Source: Chrysomallon squamiferum
Lineage: Eukaryota; Animalia; Mollusca
Length of the DNA stretch: 64,000 nucleotides
Assembly: GCA_012295275.1 (NCBI GenBank)
Contig: CM022670.1
Location: 37,758,001-37,822,000 of the forward strand
Direction: 5' to 3'
Positions 55,801 through 64,000 of the stretch are shown here, in pieces. The notes beneath the pieces were generated by a model that worked only from the letters and a program-made list of their open reading frames with translations, was not told the DNA's origin and did not search any database. The position numbers and the translations under genes were made by a program. Position 1 is the stretch's first letter, and each line of letters starts with the position of its first letter.

Positions 55801-56731
55801 CAATTCAGACGATGTGTCCACATATACTGAGGTATCTGACAACAGCAGTGATCACCAACAAGGGACGAAGGAAAATGGTTTTGAAAGAGCTTGTTAAAGT
55901 TATTCAGCAGGTAAAAAAATCTTTATTTTATTTTTATTTTTTGGAAGGGTGGGCATCTGAAACATAATATTTCAAATGAACTTTTAAAACTTTTGTTGTA
56001 TTGTTTGTAAATAAAATGGAATATTATAATAAATTTACAGTAATTTATTCAGAAAAAGCAGTATTTTTAATGCTAAATTACAAATTAATTGATGCAAAGT
56101 TATTCTTGATTCTTTATAAAGATATTAATTTAATATGATTATTCCAGAAAAAAAAAAAACATTTAATTATTTATAAGAGTTAAAATTATTTTATGGGTTC
56201 ATTCTTGAAATTAAATTTATTATATCTGAAAATGAACTTTTTATTAATCATTTGAAATAAAGCACTGTATACAATTTGGCTATCTTAATACAAACTATCA
56301 TTACATCCATTTTGAAAGAAATTAAATTAATGAAAACTATCATGACTAGACTGATGTCACACTTTGTCAGTTTGAGTGTAGTGTACAAATATTTCACTTT
56401 TTGGTTAATTAGTTTTTACTTTATCTAAATGATTTTATACAAGTAATAATTTAGTTAAAACATATACTAACAGTATTTATTTTTGTTGTGAATATAATAT
56501 TTTTGTTAAAGCATACTGTTGCAGTATATTTAAAAATATTTTTAACTTCTTTATTAGGAGAGCTACACATACAGGGACCCAATCACAGAGTTTGTTGAAT
56601 GTCTGTACGTCAACTACGACTTTGATGGAGCACAGAAGAAATTGAGAGAATGTGAAACTGTGAGTCTGACCTTGTGTTTTAACAGACGTCTGTGCTGTAT
56701 ATTTTATTCTCCTTCAGAATGTCTGTCTGTC

Positions 56732-56762
<31 letters not shown>

Positions 56763-58934
56763 TAGAAACTGATTTTCAATATGAAAAGAACTTTTGTTCA
56801 TATACACATATATACATATTCTAGACATTAAAATGTGCATTTGATTATGCAGATATATAGTTTGAATACATTTGGTGAACTTCTAATTACATGTTAGTGT
56901 TTTATTTGTTTCTGTATTCAGACTCAGCATAACAATAATAAAAAATATGACTTAAACAGTGTAAAAACCGACTACTAACAGCCCCAAGACATAGAATAGA
57001 GCATGCACACTAAAATGTATACATAATAAAATAAAATGATACTGAAATAATGATGCTTCTGATTATGGTTCTGATTACCAATCTATCATATCTTAAAGTA
57101 ATTTTTAAAATAAATGTGATAAGTTATGGCATCTCTTGTCTATCATTTACTTAACCAGTTAAACATTATTAATTTTTTCGGAGTCTTTACATGTTTTACC
57201 AAGTATCTCCATTTATTTTTATTTTTTTATTTTTTTCAGGTTCTGGTTAATGACTTCTTCCTTACAGCGTGTTTGGATGATTTCATTGAAAATGCAAGAC
57301 TGTTAATATTTGAGACATTTTGCAGAATACATGAGTGCATCAGCATTAAGTACGTATTTGTTCACATTTAGAAAATGCAACAACTTTGTTTATGTATTAT
57401 CCCTTCAAGGTTCAAATATAATTCTTTAAAATTTGTATTGAGATAGATGCCACTGCATGATACATATTATAAATACATATTTTACATTATATTACATAGA
57501 CACAGACATTACCACTTTATATACAACAGATATATGAATTAATGAATATATGTTAAACAAAACTGTATACATTAATTAGCTGTATACTGATTATGTGATA
57601 GAGGAAGCCAGACGCCACTCACTAGCATCAAGAAATCTTTAAAACTAGAAAGTACACATCAAATCATTCACTGTGCACTGGTTGAAAGAAAAATGTTTAT
57701 ATATACATTTAGTCACTGACTGAACCATTTCAGGTGTAAGAGACTATTTTGACTAATAACCAACTGTTCCTTTACAGCATGTTGGCTGAGAAACTGAACA
57801 TGACACCTGATGAGGCTGAACGGTGGATTGTAAATCTCATTAGGAATGCTCGTCTTGATGCAAAAATTGACTCTAAGCTGGTACGTTTTAGTCAATACTT
57901 TTTAGTTTTATTTCCACGCTTTGTGAATGGACGAAACCATGTTTGTTGTTCAGAGGCATACATTAAAAATGATACTGCTTTTCAGTTTCCACTTGCATAT
58001 TGCATATTAAGAAAACTAAAAGAATAGTAGTCTAGACTTAGTCTTAATGGTAGTTGTTCTTCAGTCTTTGTGAAAATTACTGGTAAAAAGGAAAGATAAC
58101 TGTAGTGCAGTTAAAACTATTTTTTCAAATTGTAATTGTGTCCCCTTTTTTCAAATTTTAAAAACCTCTTGATAAGGAATTAATGTTTAATCTGTCTTGG
58201 GTTGTGAAGAAATTTAAATATTTCCTTTTTTGGGACAAATAAATATTCAAAATTAATATAGTTTGTTTACAGAAATTATTATTTAGTTTTTGACACAGAA
58301 GCAGTCTTTATTACTGATAAAAAGTGTGGCAGTAAAATTTCATTAATGTGAGGATGCATGGCGGCTGACACATTTTCCTTTCTTATTATGACATTATTTG
58401 ATTAAAAACATAATTCTTATTTGATACACACTGCTGAATAAGAATCTTATTGTCATTTTTTGCTTTTATGTTGTGGAACTCTTGTTATTTACTATATAGC
58501 CATTACTAGTTTGCATTGACTGTTAGTTACAGTTAATGTGCTTTGTCATTAATAGCAGTGTAGGTTTCATGTGATGGAACTCTTGTATTTAGTACAACTG
58601 TTATGTTTCCATCAACTGTTATAATTAATGTGCTTTGACATCAGTAGTTTTGTATGTTTCATGTTATGGGACTCTAACCACTATTTGTCTCCAGTGAATC
58701 TTACTGTTGTGATGATTAAAGTGTTCTGCTGTTTTCAGGGTCATGTTGTGATGGGGGCTCAGGCTGTTTCACCCTACCAGCAAGTCATAGAGAAAACAAA
58801 AAACCTGGCATTTCGTTCACAGATCTTAGCAGGAAATATAGAGAAGAAACTAGGCATTAAGCACCAAGATGTAAGTAAATTTATATACAGTTTCTTTTTG
58901 TTATGTTTCTTTACTCTGAAAGCTAATAATAATA

Positions 58935-58997
<63 letters not shown>

Positions 58998-59489
58998 TAA
59001 ATAATATAGTTATTTAAGAAGTTCTGTCATGATAAACAGTTAACTATTGTTTATTTAAACAGTGTTATTATTTGTCTTTTGTTTGTTAATGTATTTTTTA
59101 TTATCAAATTAAATCTTCAGTTCGTATGAATCAAATATTAGCTTTAACAATGTTTTTTGATATGAATAACATTAAAACATAATGTATTGTTCCAAAAATC
59201 TTGCAGTGCATGAGAATTTTCACTGATTTATGTCATAAAACTTTGCATGATCCTAAGAGAAATGTTTAAATAGGATTATCTAGGTTGACATTTTAAATGC
59301 TGGTGAAAAAATCTTCTTTGTCTTCACTTTTTAAAAACTGATTAATTTTGTGATGAACTTCCTTTCTGGTCTCTTAAACTGGTTCAAAATTTCATTGTTG
59401 GTGTCAGATTATTATTTTTTTATTTTTTATTATTAATTAATGATATTTTTGTTTCTGTTTTTCAGAGTCAGTGGGGAATACAGGAGTAG
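51434..59489 (+). CDS. EIF3E: Eukaryotic translation initiation factor 3 subunit E (Int6), about 439 aa
   Basis: Exons 51434-51523, 52407-52524, 53032-53149, 53375-53417, 53667-53771, 54606-54734, 55137-55261, 55790-55910, 56558-56659, 57240-57349, 57778-57880, 58739-58870, 59466-59489; total 1320 nt, phases close. MAEFDLT...[81 protein letters not shown] domain [15 protein letters not shown]...[25 protein letters not shown]. Confidence 0.97.
55637..55822 (+). repeat. Local duplication of the eIF3e intron7/exon8 junction
   Basis: 55637-55685 matches 55762-55810 at 45/49 (offset 125 nt); further partial copies at 55700-55713 and 55736-55756. Confidence 0.9.
58461..58676. repeat. Degenerate tandem repeat of about 95 bp (about 2.3 copies) in eIF3e intron 11
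   Basis: Recurring TTTCATGTGATGGAACTCTTGT and TTAATGTGCTTTG blocks at a spacing of about 92-100 nt. Confidence 0.65.
58924..59005. repeat. (AAT)n microsatellite
   Basis: Visible directly. Confidence 0.95.
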
Positions 59490-59641
59490 CTGATTCATCT
59501 TTCATCCTAGCCTCAACTTTTTTCTTTGGAAGTGAATTTTAATTTCTCTTGGCTCATAACAACTACACACTACAAATCAAAAAACTCTTCTGAAATTGTG
59601 TCATTCTGATGCGAAAACGAGACAATGCTTCTGAATAATTT

Positions 59642-59647
59642 AATAAA
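59642..59647 (+). promoter_or_regulatory. Probable eIF3e polyadenylation signal
   Basis: AATAAA about 150 nt after the stop, followed by GT-rich TTTTATGTTGTGTTG. Confidence 0.55.
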
Positions 59648-61711
59648 TACGAATAGTTTTATGTTGTGTTGCCTCTTTTACATAGTTAACTGGTTAGTTT
59701 TTCTCTGCATTCAACATTAAAAAAAATAATAATAATATTAAAAAAGATAGGACAATACTTGTCAAAGTGTACGTTTTAGAATGGGCAATATTCTAATGCG
59801 TCAGTAATTGGTGTTGATTCTGGACTGACATATCAAATAAATAGGTTATCAAATTAACATTCTTCACCTGACATTATTTAATGCTAGCAGTTTTATTTCT
59901 CGTCTAGAAATTATCTCACAAGCAAAAAAAAAAAAAAAAAAAATAATAATAATAACTTTAAAAACTTTAATGTACATTTTTGCTTGAAGCAATATTAAAA
60001 TTTTTTATTTTATTTTTTTTTTTTTTTGGTATGTCGCTTTTCCAGATTGAACGAGAAGAATAAAATGAAAAGCAGACAATAAAAAAAAAAAAAAAAAAAA
60101 AAAAAATAAAAGGAGACTTAATGTATTATTTCAGACTTCACTTTCTGAACTTAAATTGTTCCCTTCAGTGAATAATGTTAAATTAAACTCTGTGTAAAAT
60201 GGAGATGATGATCTTCAGACGACCTGACGACGCATTAGATAGGACGGTAATAAAACGTGTTGAGTGCTTGTGTCACGCTTTGGTGAGCACGTGATTACAC
60301 ACGTACGTTTATAATGGTTAATAGAGTTTAATTTAAAACCTGACATCGTCTTTCAGTCTGTTTATTTCAATGTCCATGTCAAAATAATTTGATTTGTAAA
60401 TATCATTCTGGAAGAAAAAACGTTTCGATTTTTAAAAAATTTTTTTTTTTTTTTTATTTATTATTATTTTCTTTTTTTGACCCACTATGAAATTATTATT
60501 ACGAATATTCCGGACCCGACATTATTTTCAAATATTTTATTATCATTTATATTTTATTCTTTTTTTTCTTTGTTTGTTTTTGTAAGCAGTTTTTCATATA
60601 AATATGCTGTTTATAAAAGGCACTTGTCTGTCAAATAGCATTCGGTCTTTGCATCCTCTTTGAGGTTCTTGATGTTTTTTAACATATTCTCTTTCTGCTT
60701 TTGGTTTACTATCAGTTATCAGTGTTCATCTTTATTGTTCTAGGGTTTATTATACCAAAAGGTTTAGTATGAGAAATATATAACTGAAATTTATCATCAT
60801 CATCATCATTATTATATCTAATCCACGACGCTAACATTAAAAAGTATATATATATATATATATATATATGAACAAAAACAACAATAACAACAAAATATCT
60901 AGCTTCAAAAATCCTAAATAATTTTTATAAAAAATGAATATCTTAACGTAAAAAAAAAAAAGGGTGTTTACATTATATTTTAAATTGTTTTCTCTCGCGG
61001 AAAATCGGTGCAAATTAACCCTCTCCCCTTTAAAATAGAAAAAAAAAAAAAAAAGAAGAAAAAACTGCTTTATGGCTCTATGTTCTTAAATGTATTTTGT
61101 GCTTGCAATTGCTTTAAGGCAGTATGCAAATTGAACCTATATCGAGTTACATAAAGGCGAAAATAGATGGTAGCTATCTATACTTTAAATATATTTTATT
61201 TTTTTAGCTTTTTTTTTTTTTTTTTTTATTATATATATTATGCATGTTTTAAATATTTTTTTGTGATTAATAATAATAAAAAAGAACACTTAAAACGAAC
61301 CTGCAGTTCATCTGTAAGTGAACACTTTTTTTTTTAATCTGTAAATAAATTTCTTAGCAAATAAATAAATAAAGAAGGTAAAAGTAAAATATACATAGTA
61401 TCTCACATATTATGATTTCTGTTGCGCATTTACCATATATTACAAATTCAAAAATATTGCTTGAAAATATTTTTTAATTAAAATACACTATCACTGCAAA
61501 CGTAAGAAATAAATACACGTTCACACACATATACATACATATATACACACGCAAACATGTATATACACATTCCCATGTATATGTTATTCCCCTTTATTGT
61601 TATTATGTCACGTCATGTTATTCTTTGATGTTATTCACGTCATGTTAACTTACATTTATTATTATTTTTATTATTCCATTCTTCTGTGTCTTTTCTCCAT
61701 TTTCTATTTTG

Positions 61712-61714
<3 letters not shown>

Positions 61715-61776
<62 letters not shown>
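61715..61776. repeat. (CT)n microsatellite
   Basis: Visible directly. Confidence 0.95.
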
Positions 61777-61784
<8 letters not shown>

Positions 61785-61835
61785 AGCCCGCATTCTTTCT
61801 GTTTGTGTATAAGGTTAATAATACACCAACGATAA

Positions 61836-61866
<31 letters not shown>

Positions 61867-63147
61867 TTTTTAATGATATTTACGGTAACATCTATCATCT
61901 CTATACTAGTAATTTATTTACGTGTCCTATCGTGGACCCTTATTAAGTAGCGATCCAAACTGTCAAAACGCCACAGCGCTGAAGAGTTCCTTGATAGCTA
62001 TCGGCTCGCCGTAATAATCTCCCCTTTTAATTTCCGTTTATTTTAAGTTATTGGCTAACACGATACTGTGTTTTCATGCAACTGGATCTCTCTAATCTTT
62101 TGTTGTCAGTCAAGTTCATTTTAATAGAAACACGGTAATAAAAGAAACCTTCAGAAAAATACACCGCCAAATTATGTGGGAACCTGATAATGGATAGTTC
62201 TGGAGACCGTTCGTAGCTTCTAATTTAAAATCTTTTGTCCAGGACATAAAAAAAAAAAAAAAAAAAAATATGGTGATACCTGAATAAGACGGTAGTACTA
62301 AGAAAAAAAAAAAAGAAAAAAAGAAAAGGAAAGAAAAAAAAAAGAGAGAAGAAGATTATAATATGGTGATATGTTAGAAAAACAAACAAAAAAACAAAAA
62401 CGAAAAAAACGTGAGAAAATATTTGAATTAAAAATAAATATACATAAAAAAGATGTAAAACTTCTTTTCATAAAAAAAGATATTATTTCATGATTTTTAA
62501 AAATTTATCAGAGAAATACGTATTACACTTCATTTTTTCTGTTTTTTTCTTTCTATTTATAATGATTTTGCATTTTCGGATCTTTAAGAAAAAGAAAGGA
62601 AAAAAAAAAGAAAAAAAGTAAAACAAACAGTGGTTAGTAAAATACACCAAATACCTGTCTTTATTGTTTTTTATTTTCCCCATCCCGAGATTTTATTTGA
62701 CCTATAAAAACACGTAGCGCACATTAATCAAATAAATATGATAGCTAAAGAATTCAAAGAACGTCAAAGCTGAAACCATCCCAAGGAACAAGTGTTTATA
62801 TATGTAATGGGTAGGGGTATACTCTGTGGATTACTGTGAACAAGATATAACAGCCTGTTTTTCTAACATGACAGGACTCTTAAAAACCATGTGTTGTGTT
62901 GTAATGCCCCTTCGGAAAAAAAAAAAAAAAAAAAAAAAATAATAATAATAATAATTGTTCACACATACATTTATATTTTTTAAAATATTATTTGTGTGAG
63001 TGTTTATTCATATTATACATTTGGAAATACAGACATTTGTGTATGCGTATATTTTATGTTTTATATTGATGACAAGGAGCATAAATAAGTAAACGAATAT
63101 GAGACATCCATAATTATCATATTAAATGCACATAATCATAAATACAG

Positions 63148-63572
63148 TACATACATACCATACTATACTACATACATACATACATACATACTATACTATA
63201 CTATACTATACTATACTACATACATACATACATACATACTATACTATACTATACTATACTATACTATACTATACTATATACTATACTATACTACATACAT
63301 ACATATATACTATACATACCTCATACATACAATCCCATACTATACCACACCTACACTATACCTACACAACACCACACATATACATACTATACTATAAACA
63401 TACATACATATCACCTCACGTACCCATACATACCAAACATATATATATATATAAATATAAATATAAATATACACAAATACAAACATATATATATATATAC
63501 ATATACATACATATAATATATATATATACATACATACATACATACATTCAAAATATATAATATATACATACA
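63148..63572. repeat. (ATACT)n pentanucleotide plus (CATA)/(TA) compound repeat
   Basis: Visible directly; source of ORFs 63126-63560 and 63340-63573. Confidence 0.9.
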
Positions 63573-64000
63573 TTACCGATTACAAATTTTTAAACGTAAT
63601 ATTATCATTGTAATCATCGCTATCATCATCATAATCATCACCATTAGTATCAACGTCATAGTCATCATTATCATCATCATCATCACACGTTCACAATATT
63701 ATTGTTATTATTTTTGTTGTCGTCGTCGTTGTTGTTACCACAACATTATTATTATTATTATTATTATTATGATTCATATTACTCCTATAACAACAGTATT
63801 TGATAAAAAAAAAAAATAAAATAAAAAAAAAAAAATAATTTTAAAACACTTCTCCCCGCACAAGACGATAGTATAGGCAAGGGCGAAAATATTAACTTAC
63901 TAACCAAACTGAATCGGCGGGACATAAAACGATCGTAAGTAAAACGTATCACACGTGACTGATTTTATTATGAGCGAGCGCAGCTGAAGAACCGCCGATG

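Noticed and set aside
59487-59510. eIF3e stop TAG followed by C and a second in-frame TAG, suggesting readthrough
   Set aside because: The context does not match known strong readthrough motifs, and the extension would be only 6 aa.
60205-60343. ATGATGA ... CTGA arrangement suggesting a C/D box snoRNA
   Set aside because: Intergenic, weak terminal stem, and no rRNA guide recognised; part of it looks like a repeat remnant. The eIF3e introns also gave no convincing C/D pair.

Overview
AT-rich eukaryotic genomic DNA with many microsatellites. It comes from an intron-rich invertebrate animal; a mollusc or other lophotrochozoan is my guess, not established. Five spliced protein-coding genes can be rebuilt by hand with GT-AG introns and consistent phases: Rab10 (+, exons 2-6, first exon outside the window), a glutaredoxin(CPHC)-DEP-DUF547 fusion gene (+, 10 exons), AGPAT5 (+, 8 exons, with a 1-nt frameshift in exon 1), RNF146 (-, 2 coding exons) and eIF3e (+, 13 exons). 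RNF146 and eIF3e lie head-to-head about 0.5 kb apart. Most other ORFs in the track are microsatellite artefacts. Leading observations are: the uncharacterised Grx-DEP-DUF547 redox fusion with a probable optional mitochondrial presequence; the AGPAT5 frameshift, possibly rescued by a second ATG; a duplicated out-of-frame splice acceptor in eIF3e; a sharp CpG mosaic (depleted gene bodies, CpG-retaining intergenic blocks); MITE-like elements; and orphan promoter-like or exon-like islands at about 19 kb and 35-37 kb. No tRNA, rRNA, CRISPR array or autonomous transposon could be supported. All coordinates were read by hand.
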